Source of the DNA: Candidatus Latescibacterota bacterium
GTDB lineage: Bacteria > Latescibacterota > UBA2968 > UBA8231
Reading direction: 5' to 3'
Assembly: GCA_965197905.1 (NCBI GenBank)
Contig: CBDAOB010000005.1
Span: forward strand, 864,001-928,000
DNA length: 64,000 bases
Shown here one piece after another: positions 10,911 through 20,672 of the stretch (its first letter is position 1; each line of letters opens with the position of its first letter). The notes beneath the pieces are model-generated. The model saw only the letters and a list, made by a program, of their open reading frames with translations, did no database searches and was not told the DNA's origin. The translations under genes and the position numbers were made by a program.

Positions 10911-11136
10911 GAATGTTTCTCCAGTGGGTTCTTTAACGTCGCTGGGTTCGAAGGGCCGTCCACAGCATAGAGAATGGTCGTTCCATTGTCGATAGGGTGC
11001 CTCCCAGTTGCTGAAGGCAGCCGCACGTGGCCATTCGCTCCCGCATTTTCCCGTTCATATATTCACACCCAGAACGACCGTGGGCGCGTCCGACGACGAG
11101 CTCAGCTAGTACGATCAAACAAGGGAAGGGAAGGCA

Positions 11137-11880
11137 ATGGCAGACAACAAGCTGGGTTACGAAGATACGCCCCAGATTCCTGGACTGAAGTACAAGGTCC
11201 ACGATACCAAACGTCCTCAGGCTCCGGTGATCACCCCGCCCAGCTCGAGCGTTGAAGAGGCACCAGGCACCCCTCCGTCCGACGCTACCGTGCTGTTTGA
11301 CGGGGCAGATCTGTCGAGTTGGGTGAGAAGAGAAGGCGGAGAGGCCAGCTGGCAGGTTGCGAACGGTTATATGGAGGTGACCCCCGGCAACGGAAGCATC
11401 CGGACCCGTGAGCACTTCGGCGATGGACAGTGGCATGTGGAGTGGGCGACACCCCAGGTGGTCAAAGGCGAGAGCCAGGGTCGTGGCAACAGCGGCGTGT
11501 TTCTAATGGGCACGTACGAGATACAGGTCCTCGACTCCTTCGATAACGCGACCTATGCCGACGGTGCCGCGGCCGCCATTTACGGTCAGTATCCGCCGTT
11601 GGTCAACGCCTGCCGCGAATCGGGACGCTGGCAAACCTACGACCTGGTCTGGATAGGACCCCGCTTCGACGGGGGCAAGTTTGTGAGCCCGGCACGTCTC
11701 ACCCTGATCCACAACGGCGCCGTAGTCCATCACGACCGCGAGCTTCTCGGCCCCACCGCCCATCACACTTTTCTGGAATACGAGGAGCACCCCGATACAG
11801 GACCGCTGGAGCTTCAGGATCACGGGGACCTGGTTCGCTATCGCAACATCTGGTTCCGCGAGCTCGGAAGCAACGAATGA
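11137..11880 (+). CDS. DUF1080 / 3-keto-disaccharide hydrolase family protein
   Basis: LFDGADL, GNSGVF, YEIQVLD, LQDHGDLVRYRNIW motifs. Confidence 0.9.
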   Translation: MADNKLGYEDTPQIPGLKYKVHDTKRPQAPVITPPSSSVEEAPGTPPSDATVLFDGADLSSWVRREGGEASWQVANGYMEVTPGNGSIRTREHFGDGQWHVEWATPQVVKGESQGRGNSGVFLMGTYEIQVLDSFDNATYADGAAAAIYGQYPPLVNACRESGRWQTYDLVWIGPRFDGGKFVSPARLTLIHNGAVVHHDRELLGPTAHHTFLEYEEHPDTGPLELQDHGDLVRYRNIWFRELGSNE

Positions 11881-13763
11881 GCGAGGTCCGGGTTCGGTTC
11901 GAGGATGTGGACGGCGATGGCGATCGTGAGGTCGTGGTCGAAAACGACTGGCTGCGCGCTGTCTTGCGATTCCCCGAAAAGGTCGGCCAAGAGTATTACG
12001 GTCAGCGATTCAGTTGGGGCGGTCGCCTGCAGTCGCTGATCTACCGGCCCACCGGGCGCGAATATTTCATGGCCGAAATGATCGACCCCGAAAACGTGGC
12101 TCCTTTTGGTTTGCCCGACGAGCTGTTCGAGATGTTTCCGTTCGAAGGAGACGAGAGACGGCAACTCAAGATGGGGGTCGGGGTTTTCGACGGTCCGGAA
12201 GAGAACGCGACGCTGGATCCGTTGCCCTGGAGCTGGCGGCAGGAAAAGGAAGGCGACGAAACGGCGATTGTGTTCCGCCAAGAGGCAGAGAATCTGGGCG
12301 GCTACTCCTTTGTCTACGAAAAACGGTACCGCTTTCGAGATGATTCCGCCTGGTTCGGGTTTGACGTTGTCTGGGAGAACGGCAGTGAACGAACCTACGA
12401 GTCGGACTGGGACATTCACTCCTTCCATCAAAGTGGCGAACCGCCCCGCTCCTCCTGGTTCGTGGCGCCCAAACGAACCTGGATCAGCTGCGGCAAAAGC
12501 CGCGTGCGCGCCGTTGTAAAGGAAGCCAGCCCGATCTTCGCTACCCTCGATCGGAACAGCTACGTCGCCGACCGGATTCCGTGGGATCTGGACGGCCACG
12601 CCTGGTGGTATGCATTGGGCCCCGGAGACGGCGACGAGTTCTATCTGCTTCACGGCCGCTTCGAACCCTTCCGCGGGCTGTTCTGGCACGCCTGGCGCGC
12701 CTTCACACCCCAGGGGATCTGCCATATCTCCCTGCCACCGGGCGAGACCGCTCTTTGGGGGTTTGACGTTACCCTCGGTATGGGGGGAAGAAACTTCGTC
12801 GCGGCTGGCGAGGACTGTGGGATAACCATCGATCGGGAGAAGGAGGAGCAGGTTGTGGTAAGGGTGCATTCAGCGCACCGCCGCATCGGAAAGGTCAACC
12901 TGCATATGATGGCGCCCGATGGTGTCTTGCTGCACTCCAATCTCTTGGAGGGGCACTCAAGCCCCGGACAGCCGCTCGGTGCGCGCGTCGCGTTGCCGGC
13001 GGATCACGATTATGTGAAGCTAGCGGTATCTTATCTCGAGCACGATCGGGTGATGTTACAAACGGAAGAGATTGTTCCCTGCGAGCCCCATCGCCCCACC
13101 GCTCACCTGCCTTTCGAAGGAGGCGGTCGTCGCGTGTTCGCCATCAGCGATCCTAACATCGAAGATCATCAGGTCGACTATCTTCACTTCTGCTCCCATG
13201 CCCTGCAGTGCGGATTTCATGCCGAGTGGAGTCAGGCAGGTCCGACGATTCCAGACAGACTGGCGGGTTTATCTGTGGTTTGCATCGTGGGTGATGGGTG
13301 GCCGCAAGAACGAATCGACGAGCTTGCTGCCTGGACTCGGGACGGAGGCGGGTTAGTGCTGTGCGCGCCATTTAGAGACCTGGTCCAGGCTCTGGGTTCT
13401 CTGTCTCCTCTGGTGCCCGACGGGGACGGAAGCTTACAGGTATGCGATCCGCCGTTGGGATTGAGTCAGGCAACCGCGCATCCGACCGCCGATTCTTTGT
13501 TGATGGGCCCCGGCGAGTCCCTCAAGATCGCCAGGTGGACCCCCGCTAAAGCGGTAGCTGGCGCGCAGGTGACGCTGTCGTTCACCGATGAGTACCAGCA
13601 CCCCGCCGTGGCCTTGCACGAGGTGGGTAAGGGCCGAGTGATCGCGGTCGCCTCGAGGCCGGCCTGGGGTGAGGGAAGTCACGCCGTTATCTGGGATGGG
13701 TGGGGGCAGTATACCCGGGCCTTTTGGGGAGGTCTTTTGGGTTGGGCATCGAGATGCTGGTAA
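11877..13763 (+). CDS. Hypothetical protein (mutarotase-like N-terminal region, class I glutamine amidotransferase-like C-terminal domain)
   Basis: 628-aa ORF coupled by ATGA overlap; WTRDGGGLV and GKGRVIAV motifs typical of GATase-like folds. Confidence 0.55.
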   Translation: MSEVRVRFEDVDGDGDREVVVENDWLRAVLRFPEKVGQEYYGQRFSWGGRLQSLIYRPTGREYFMAEMIDPENVAPFGLPDELFEMFPFEGDERRQLKMGVGVFDGPEENATLDPLPWSWRQEKEGDETAIVFRQEAENLGGYSFVYEKRYRFRDDSAWFGFDVVWENGSERTYESDWDIHSFHQSGEPPRSSWFVAPKRTWISCGKSRVRAVVKEASPIFATLDRNSYVADRIPWDLDGHAWWYALGPGDGDEFYLLHGRFEPFRGLFWHAWRAFTPQGICHISLPPGETALWGFDVTLGMGGRNFVAAGEDCGITIDREKEEQVVVRVHSAHRRIGKVNLHMMAPDGVLLHSNLLEGHSSPGQPLGARVALPADHDYVKLAVSYLEHDRVMLQTEEIVPCEPHRPTAHLPFEGGGRRVFAISDPNIEDHQVDYLHFCSHALQCGFHAEWSQAGPTIPDRLAGLSVVCIVGDGWPQERIDELAAWTRDGGGLVLCAPFRDLVQALGSLSPLVPDGDGSLQVCDPPLGLSQATAHPTADSLLMGPGESLKIARWTPAKAVAGAQVTLSFTDEYQHPAVALHEVGKGRVIAVASRPAWGEGSHAVIWDGWGQYTRAFWGGLLGWASRCW

Positions 13764-14530
13764 CCGAGCTGAAACCGAGCGAGATCGCCCGGTTTCGCAC
13801 CTTTGGTTTTCTGCAAAGACTACGGTTGTTCACGGCTACGGAGATGTCAGAGGTCATTGCGGCGGCTAACGCCCTGTGGGACACGGATCAGACGCCGGAG
13901 TCGGAGATCGGTGACCGCCGACTGAGTCATTTTGTCGAGCGCCTTCCCGTGCTGTCCGAGCTGGTGTGCGATGACCGCATCTACAAGGCCGCCGAAACTC
14001 TCCTCGGCCCCGATTTCATTTGGATCGGATCGGAGGGCAATGAGACCTACTACAGCGAGCTGCACTGGCACCCTGACCGCAAGTACTACCGGCCCGAAGA
14101 GAAACACAACATCCCGTTTCGACAGCTGAAGATGATGATCTACATGGAGCCGGTAACCCGGGAAACCGGATGCATGCGTGTGCTCCCCGGGTCGCACCGG
14201 TTACCTTTGCACGAGGATCTCGGACCCCAGGAAGATCTGCGGGACGAGAAACCGTTCGGTTTGGAGGGGCGGGAAGTGCCATGTGTGCCCTTGGAATCCG
14301 ATCCGGGGGATGTGGCCCTGTTCGACCACTGTCTCTGGCACGGGATGTTCGGTGGCCGCCACGGCCGCCGTTACATTGCCCTAAAGTTCGCCGCGCGACC
14401 GCGGCGGCCGGAAGATGTCGCGACCTTGAAGCAGTATTCTTTGGCTGCCTTCGAACCGCACGAAAACTTCCTCAACAGTTCGAATCCACGGCTGAGGGGT
14501 ATGGTGGAGGGAATGGCGGATCTGCTCTAA
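13754..14530 (+). CDS. Phytanoyl-CoA dioxygenase (PhyH) family Fe/2OG dioxygenase
   Basis: WHPD, GCMRVLPGSH, GDVALFDHCLWHG. Confidence 0.85.
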   Translation: MLVTELKPSEIARFRTFGFLQRLRLFTATEMSEVIAAANALWDTDQTPESEIGDRRLSHFVERLPVLSELVCDDRIYKAAETLLGPDFIWIGSEGNETYYSELHWHPDRKYYRPEEKHNIPFRQLKMMIYMEPVTRETGCMRVLPGSHRLPLHEDLGPQEDLRDEKPFGLEGREVPCVPLESDPGDVALFDHCLWHGMFGGRHGRRYIALKFAARPRRPEDVATLKQYSLAAFEPHENFLNSSNPRLRGMVEGMADLL

Positions 14531-14564
14531 AGTCACTGACTCCCACGGAAAGACCGAAACCTTT

Positions 14565-15542
14565 TTGGCAAGCAACAGAAGCATCCTCGTCACCGGCGCT
14601 GCCGGTTTCATCGGGTCCCACCTCTGCGAACGGCTCGTGGGTGCCGGCCACGGTGTTCTGGGAGTCGACTGCAAAACCGACCATTACACTACGGCATTAA
14701 AAGATCTGAACCTCGAGGGTCTGCGCCATTCAGGTGTGCGGCTGGACTCGAGCGATCTGGCGGCGGATGATTTGAAGAACCTGATGGATGGCGTGGAGTT
14801 CGTCTTCCATCTGGCGGCGCAACCTGGGATCTCAGGTAGCACTTCCTTCGATAGCTATCTGCGGAACAATATCGTCGCCACACATCGGTTGTTGGAGGTT
14901 GCCTCTGAATGCGCGAGTCTGCAGGGCATGCTGAACATCTCAACCTCTTCGGTTTATGGGGCCGACGCCACCGGGGATGAGACCTCAGAACTTTTGCCGA
15001 CTTCGCACTACGGGGTGACCAAGATCGCCGCGGAGCAGCTGATGCTTGCGGCTCATCGAGGCGGGGAAGTGCCTTGCTGTTCGCTGCGACTCTTCTCTGT
15101 CTATGGCCCCAGGGAACGCCCGGAGAAGCTTTACCCCAAGTTGGTCGGCGCCATCCTAGAAGATCGACCGTTCCCGCTGTTCGAAGGAAGCGAACAACAT
15201 ATCCGCAGCTACACCTTCGTGAACGACATCGTCGACGGAATGGTGGCAGCCTTGAACAACTTCGATTCCTGCGTCGGTGAGGTGTTTAATATCGGCACCG
15301 ACGTGGCCCACACCACCGGAGAAGGGATCGAGATTGTGGAAAAGCTTACTGGAAAGTCGGCTCGGGTCGACAGACAACCCCGCCGTGCCGGGGATCAGAC
15401 CCGCACGCTGGCGAACATATCCAAGGCGCGCCGCGTCCTCGGGTACAATCCAACGACCTCTCTAGAGGATGGGCTGCGAGTCGTGGTGGAGTGGTACCAG
15501 TCACAGATTCAGGGCCGGATCAATCTCTGGCCCACACGATAA
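14565..15542 (+). CDS. NAD-dependent nucleotide-sugar epimerase/dehydratase
   Basis: GAAGFIG, HLAAQPG, STSSVYG, YGVTK, VYGPRERP. Confidence 0.9.
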   Translation: MASNRSILVTGAAGFIGSHLCERLVGAGHGVLGVDCKTDHYTTALKDLNLEGLRHSGVRLDSSDLAADDLKNLMDGVEFVFHLAAQPGISGSTSFDSYLRNNIVATHRLLEVASECASLQGMLNISTSSVYGADATGDETSELLPTSHYGVTKIAAEQLMLAAHRGGEVPCCSLRLFSVYGPRERPEKLYPKLVGAILEDRPFPLFEGSEQHIRSYTFVNDIVDGMVAALNNFDSCVGEVFNIGTDVAHTTGEGIEIVEKLTGKSARVDRQPRRAGDQTRTLANISKARRVLGYNPTTSLEDGLRVVVEWYQSQIQGRINLWPTR

Positions 15543-15555
15543 GGAGGAGACCTTC

Positions 15556-15864
15556 ATGCGCAGAGTCATGGTTCGCTACAAGGTGAAAGCCGACAAGGCG
15601 GCCGAAAACAGGCAGTTGATTGAGAAGGTGTTCGAGGAGTTGAAGGCCACGGCGCCGTCGGGCGTTCGCTATGCATCGTTCGTTCTCGAGGACGGAGTGA
15701 GCTTCATGCACCTCGCTTCGATAGAAACCACGGACGGCTCGAATCCGCTGGGAATCCTGGAAGCGTTTGGCGCCTTCCAGGAAGAGATCGAAGAGCGGTG
15801 CGAGGTTCCGCCCGAAGTGACGGATCTGGAGGAGATTGGGTCGTACGGGCTTTTCGGCAGTTGA
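15556..15864 (+). CDS. Small hypothetical protein, probable dimeric alpha-beta barrel
   Basis: Strong AAGGAGG RBS; MRRVMVRYKVK...FMHLA pattern. Confidence 0.65.
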   Translation: MRRVMVRYKVKADKAAENRQLIEKVFEELKATAPSGVRYASFVLEDGVSFMHLASIETTDGSNPLGILEAFGAFQEEIEERCEVPPEVTDLEEIGSYGLFGS

Positions 15865-15909
15865 GGCAGGAAGCTGCCCAAGCCAGGGACGTTTCGAACA
15901 GGCAGGCAG

Positions 15910-16236
15910 CTACTTCGGCGGCAGTGAGGAGACGAACCTGGCTGCCTGGTCGATCCATTTCTTCAGTTTTTTCTGGTCCGTGTGTATGCCGCTACTAAGG
16001 TAGACCATGCTCCTGATCGGTTTGCCGGTGAAGTCCATCTCTTCGACATCTGATTCCCCGAGTGCGGCTGCAGCGCCCTCGTTTCCCAGCCGCAAGACGA
16101 CTTTGTCGTCGCTGACGCCACAACACATGTGGCCATTCAACATGAAGGCGATGCCGCCAAACATCTTGCGTTCGTCCGTCTTCTTGCGTCCAAGCGCTCG
16201 GCGCACGCGGGTCGCAATCCCCTCGTCGTAAGCCAT
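15910..16236 (-). CDS. TfoX/Sxy N-terminal domain protein
   Basis: MAYDE...RKMFGGIAFMLNGHMCCG...MDFTGKP...LPPK. Confidence 0.85.
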   Translation of the reverse strand: MAYDEGIATRVRRALGRKKTDERKMFGGIAFMLNGHMCCGVSDDKVVLRLGNEGAAAALGESDVEEMDFTGKPIRSMVYLSSGIHTDQKKLKKWIDQAARFVSSLPPK

Positions 16237-16273
16237 TTTCGATCTCCTCACATACGCGACGACCTACGTTTCA

Positions 16274-18016
16274 TCAATGGTTCGGCACCATCTCGATGTA
16301 TGCAAGGGCAAGTCCTGGTTTGGAAGTTTTGTTGAACTGCAACACCTTGAGCGTGACCTCTACCAATCCTGGATGGTCGATCTGGACTGTCCCCAGTTTC
16401 GAGGCGATCTCGGGATAATACTGGGCGTGTGGCGTCTGTAGCTTCTCGTCGGCGCGCAACACGCGGATCAATCGCTTTCCGCCAACGGTGATGCTGTGGC
16501 CCCGAGTATAGCGCAGGGTGCCGGTAACGAGGCGCACGAGATAGCTTCCCGGCCTCAAGATCCTCATCCGCCAGCTCATCCAATTCGCCTTGTTGTGCCA
16601 GTGTTCGACCACTCCGCTGTGGCTGAGCGCGAGACGCCGACCCCGCGCGGGCAGATGGAGCCGGGCCATGCTCGGCAACAGCTTTAAGCGGCCATCGGGT
16701 TGCTGCAGGGGGGCCGGGTCGACCTTCGGCGCGCCGCACAGTTCCAGCGCGACCACCGAAACGTGGGGGTTCGGTTTCTTGGCTGGCAGCTGAAGGCAAA
16801 GAACGTCGTGACCTAACGGTCTGGAGTGGGTCTGCTCGAACGAGAGAGAACTGCTCGGCTTCGATAGCAGGTAAGCGCAGCGCACCTCGGTGCGCAGGCC
16901 GAACAAGCTGAAGCGACCTCCCCTCCAGGTGGTGAACAGCAGAAACAGCTTGTTCCCCTTGCGGGTGACCGTGCCCCAGCTGAAGGAGTAGGGAAACGGA
17001 CTGGCGTCGGTCCCGTAGATCGCTTCGCCATGCAGGCCCATCCAGGCCCCGATCGCCTGCAGGCGCCTTATGCTGGGTTGAGGAATCAAGCCCCCGGCTG
17101 TGGGTCCGACGTTGAGCAGGTAATTGACCCCTTTGCCGGCCAGCTCGGCGAGCAACGCCAGCAGCGTTTTGACCGATTTCCAGTGGTGATCTCTGATCTT
17201 GTAGGCCCAGGTGTCGTTCATGGTTGCCGGGGTCTCCCATAAACCTTCGAGGCGCCCCTGCGGGATCTGGTTGTCACCGAGGCTGCCGTAGTCCCCGACT
17301 CCGTGGCCCACTCGTCCGCTGACGATACAGCTTGGCTGCAGGCTTCGTACCAGCCGACGCAGACTGAGACTGTCCCTGCGACCGATGGAATAGGGGGTGT
17401 CGAACCAGATCAGGCCGATGGGGCCGTACTGGGTGAGCAGCTCGCGCACCTGAGGTTTACATTTTGCCTTCAAATAACGGGAAAACCGTTGCTCCCTCTC
17501 GTCATAATCCCAGTCGTTGCCGAAGCCGTCGGGATGGTGCCAGTCCTGGTCCTGGGAATAGTAGAAGCAGAGCCGGATGCCGGCCTTCTTGCACGCAGCC
17601 GCAAGTTCCGCCATCGGATCGCGTCCGAAAGGAGTGGCATCGATTATATCGTATTCGCTGCACGGCGAGTCGAAGAGCGCGAAGCCATCGTGATGTTTGG
17701 CGGTGATTACCAGGTATTTCATGCCCGCGGTCACCGCCAGCTTGACCCAAGCCTCCGCGTCAAAACGGACCGGATTGAACCGGGGGGCCAGCTTTTCGTA
17801 TTCGCTGACCGGGATACGCGCTCGATGCATGATCCATTCGCCGATGCCATCGATCTCCCGCCCCTTCCAGCGCCCCGCCGGCACCGTGTAGATTCCCCAA
17901 TGAATGAACATGCCGAAACGGGCTTCGTTCCACCACGCCACCCGTGTCCGGTCGGCGGAGCTCTTCAACCTGCGTCCGCCCGTGGCGGATCTACTCGCTT
18001 TATGCGCTTTAGCCAT
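16274..18016 (-). CDS. Alpha-L-fucosidase (GH29)
   Basis: RFGMFIHWG, GEWI, AKHHDGF, LIWFD, NYLLNVGP. Confidence 0.92.
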   Translation of the reverse strand: MAKAHKASRSATGGRRLKSSADRTRVAWWNEARFGMFIHWGIYTVPAGRWKGREIDGIGEWIMHRARIPVSEYEKLAPRFNPVRFDAEAWVKLAVTAGMKYLVITAKHHDGFALFDSPCSEYDIIDATPFGRDPMAELAAACKKAGIRLCFYYSQDQDWHHPDGFGNDWDYDEREQRFSRYLKAKCKPQVRELLTQYGPIGLIWFDTPYSIGRRDSLSLRRLVRSLQPSCIVSGRVGHGVGDYGSLGDNQIPQGRLEGLWETPATMNDTWAYKIRDHHWKSVKTLLALLAELAGKGVNYLLNVGPTAGGLIPQPSIRRLQAIGAWMGLHGEAIYGTDASPFPYSFSWGTVTRKGNKLFLLFTTWRGGRFSLFGLRTEVRCAYLLSKPSSSLSFEQTHSRPLGHDVLCLQLPAKKPNPHVSVVALELCGAPKVDPAPLQQPDGRLKLLPSMARLHLPARGRRLALSHSGVVEHWHNKANWMSWRMRILRPGSYLVRLVTGTLRYTRGHSITVGGKRLIRVLRADEKLQTPHAQYYPEIASKLGTVQIDHPGLVEVTLKVLQFNKTSKPGLALAYIEMVPNH

Positions 18017-18037
18017 AGCACCTATTTCGTATATTGT

Positions 18038-18206
18038 CTGGTGCCCTGTATCACAAGTATGCCTGTATTTAGTCGCCGATTCATCCCGACCTGCGGCGTT
18101 GCGCTCATTCGACGTATGTCACCAATACGTCTCGATCGCGCGCCTTGCAGGCCAGGCTGACTCGACGCCCTCATTTTACAAGCCTACTTCCGATACAGGG
18201 CACTAG
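18038..18206. mobile_element. 169-bp palindromic MITE/REP-like element
   Basis: 30-bp terminal inverted repeats (25/30 match; CTGGTGCCCTGTATC... / ...GATACAGGGCACTAG) and a self-complementary interior; no coding capacity. Confidence 0.65.
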
Positions 18207-18320
18207 TGCCTCAGAATTAAGAGCCGTCTCGTCCGTTCAGCAATCACCGGAAGGGAAATAGTCGTGTTCGTTTCAGTCGCCCCGCGATCGCTGCCCCTTG
18301 TGCTCTACCCACCGAAAAAC

Positions 18321-19019
18321 ATGTCCGTGCTGCAGATCTCAGTGGACGCCTTTTCGTCGCAGATATTTCGTCTTTGGATCTCGGAAAACGTGGGAGCCAC
18401 CGGAGGTCAAATCTACAACCAGGCACAGGTCGGCCCCCAAGAGTGGGTCGCCGAGGATAACGGAAACAGCTTGAGGTCGCGCCAGGTCGACGGGGGGGTT
18501 CTACAGCTGGACGCCGTGGTTCGGATCGAAGAGGATCACCTCGTGCTGCGGTATGATCTATTGAACACTGGTGACAATCTGCTTGAGAAGGTTACGGTCG
18601 GCACCTGCTACCAGCTGGCGGAAGCCAGTAACTTCCGGGATCAGGTGGGGGACCGAACCTATGCGTGGGCGGATCGACGCCTGGCCAACGTCGCGGCAGA
18701 CGGTATCCCGGCCGAGTGTCACGATCACCACGAACCCGAAAAATCCTCGTTCCTGAAGATGCCCGATCCGGAAAGCGGTAGGGCGGTAATCGGCGTAGAG
18801 GCGACCTCGGGAGGTTCCACCGCCATGGCCTGGGAGACCCACAACGAATACAGCGGGAACACGGATCCGGCCCTGAACTGCATCCATGGAGGCCCCGTAG
18901 CGCCCAGGTTGGAACCGGGCGCGAGGATTTCGCTCAACGGGTGGCTGGGGTGGTCGACGGGACCCGTAGCCGAACTGTGCGAGCGCGCGCTAGAAGCCGT
19001 GAAAGCGGCGGGCTCGTGA
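18321..19019 (+). CDS. Hypothetical protein (first gene of a catabolic operon)
   Basis: ORF with host-like codon use; its stop overlaps the next GTG start (GTGA); start position uncertain. Confidence 0.6.
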   Translation: MSVLQISVDAFSSQIFRLWISENVGATGGQIYNQAQVGPQEWVAEDNGNSLRSRQVDGGVLQLDAVVRIEEDHLVLRYDLLNTGDNLLEKVTVGTCYQLAEASNFRDQVGDRTYAWADRRLANVAADGIPAECHDHHEPEKSSFLKMPDPESGRAVIGVEATSGGSTAMAWETHNEYSGNTDPALNCIHGGPVAPRLEPGARISLNGWLGWSTGPVAELCERALEAVKAAGS

Positions 19020-19885
19020 GCGGTATCCGCATCGGGGTGAACCAGTTCAGCTTTCATCGTTATTACGGCGAGATTCTCCGGCGCGAGACCGATCCGCAGG
19101 TGCGCTGGGATCTGGATAGGTTTCTCGAGCAGATCGAACCCCTCGATCTGGACGCGATCTCGCTGCAGACCATCTATCTCCAGGAGGAGGAGAACTTCCA
19201 GGGCAAGCTAAGGGAGGCCAGCCACGGTTTTCGCGAAACCATCCTCGAGTGGGGCCATCCGGACGGGTTGCAGATGGGGAAGTCGGCGGCAGCCGAGGCG
19301 GATGCTTTAAAGTGGATTGGCCGGGCGCAAGAGCTGGAGATGGATCTCATGCGTATCGTTGCGGGTTACCCTTCCTATCGCGGAGAGGAGCCGGTGGCGG
19401 ACCAGATTCGACGGCTGACTCCCGTGCTGCAGCGACTCTGCGACCAAGCGGCTGAAACGCGGCTCGATCTCGCCCTGGAGAATCATGCCGATTTCACACC
19501 TGCAGAGTTGAAACAGTTGATCGAGGAGGTCGGAAGGGAGAATCTGGGTGCGGCCTTCGACACTGGCAACTGCGTCAGGCTTGGCGTCGAGCTCCTGGAA
19601 GGCACGCGCACTATCGCGCCGTTCACGAGTATGGTGCACCTGAAGGACATCGTCCAGCTGCCCGAATCGGTCGGCGATCCCCTGGCCGTCTGGCCGTCGG
19701 CCGTCCTTGGGCAGGGTTCGACCGACGTGACCGCCGCCCTAGATATTCTGGTCGCCGCTGGTTTCGCCGGTCCGGTGTTGGTCGAGCTGTCCGCACTCTA
19801 TCCGTTCGGTGGCGACGAATGTGAGGCCGTCGCCGCATGTGTGGAATGGCTGAACAGATATGTGGTGACCGATGGCCGAGATTGA
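19016..19885 (+). CDS. Sugar phosphate isomerase/epimerase (AP endonuclease 2 TIM barrel)
   Basis: LALENH, FDTGN, VHLKD, LVE metal ligands. Confidence 0.85.
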   Translation: MSGIRIGVNQFSFHRYYGEILRRETDPQVRWDLDRFLEQIEPLDLDAISLQTIYLQEEENFQGKLREASHGFRETILEWGHPDGLQMGKSAAAEADALKWIGRAQELEMDLMRIVAGYPSYRGEEPVADQIRRLTPVLQRLCDQAAETRLDLALENHADFTPAELKQLIEEVGRENLGAAFDTGNCVRLGVELLEGTRTIAPFTSMVHLKDIVQLPESVGDPLAVWPSAVLGQGSTDVTAALDILVAAGFAGPVLVELSALYPFGGDECEAVAACVEWLNRYVVTDGRD

Positions 19886-20669
19886 TCTCGATTTCACACC
19901 GGGCGTTCCGGTGTTCGATGCGAATATGGTTCTTGGGCGACGGCACAACCGTCGCTTTCCGTTCGACACGGCTCCCGAGTTGATCGGCGAAATGGATCGA
20001 TTGAACGTCGATAGAGCCCTGGTCTATACCCCGCACGCGGTCAGCTACGATACTCGGGAAGGCAACGACTACTTGCTCCAGTTGATCGACGGCGAGTCGA
20101 GACTAGTGCCCCAGTTCGTCTGCAATCCGTCGGCGGACGATCTTCAGGATTTTGCGCACCGCTTGCGGTCTCACCGGATTCGCTCTATTCGCATGCTGCC
20201 CGCGGTTCATGGATATCCGTTCCGCGACTGGGTGGTCGGACCGTGGTTGGAGTGGGCGGCCAGCAATGCCATTCCGGTCTGGTTGCCGGTAAACTTCGGC
20301 ATTCCTACACGTCGCTCGGAGCTCGATGCCAATCAGCTCGACCCCGAAGCAGTCCACGACACGCTGTCGGCGTTCCCCAGGTTGCAAGCGGTCCTCTGCG
20401 AGACCCAGATCCGTCACATCACCTGGGTTTTGCCGCTGCTGCGAAGTCTTCCCAACCTGGCGGTGGAGCTCTCGCGTCACGCCATCACCGACGGAGTCCA
20501 GATGTTCATCTCTGCCGTTGGTGTTGAGCGCATCCTGTTCGGCTCGCGCTTTCCCGATTCGCCGTTGGGCGCCCATCTTTTTCATCTGTTCAACTGTGGT
20601 CTCGAGCCGGAACCGCTGCGCCTGATATGCAGCGGCAATCTCGAGCGACTGCTGGCACTGGAAAGGTAA
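19872..20669 (+). CDS. Amidohydrolase family 2 protein (degenerate metal site)
   Basis: ERILFGSRFP and GNLERLL; DAN in place of DxHxH. Confidence 0.75.
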   Translation: MAEIDLDFTPGVPVFDANMVLGRRHNRRFPFDTAPELIGEMDRLNVDRALVYTPHAVSYDTREGNDYLLQLIDGESRLVPQFVCNPSADDLQDFAHRLRSHRIRSIRMLPAVHGYPFRDWVVGPWLEWAASNAIPVWLPVNFGIPTRRSELDANQLDPEAVHDTLSAFPRLQAVLCETQIRHITWVLPLLRSLPNLAVELSRHAITDGVQMFISAVGVERILFGSRFPDSPLGAHLFHLFNCGLEPEPLRLICSGNLERLLALER

Positions 20670-20672
20670 CCG

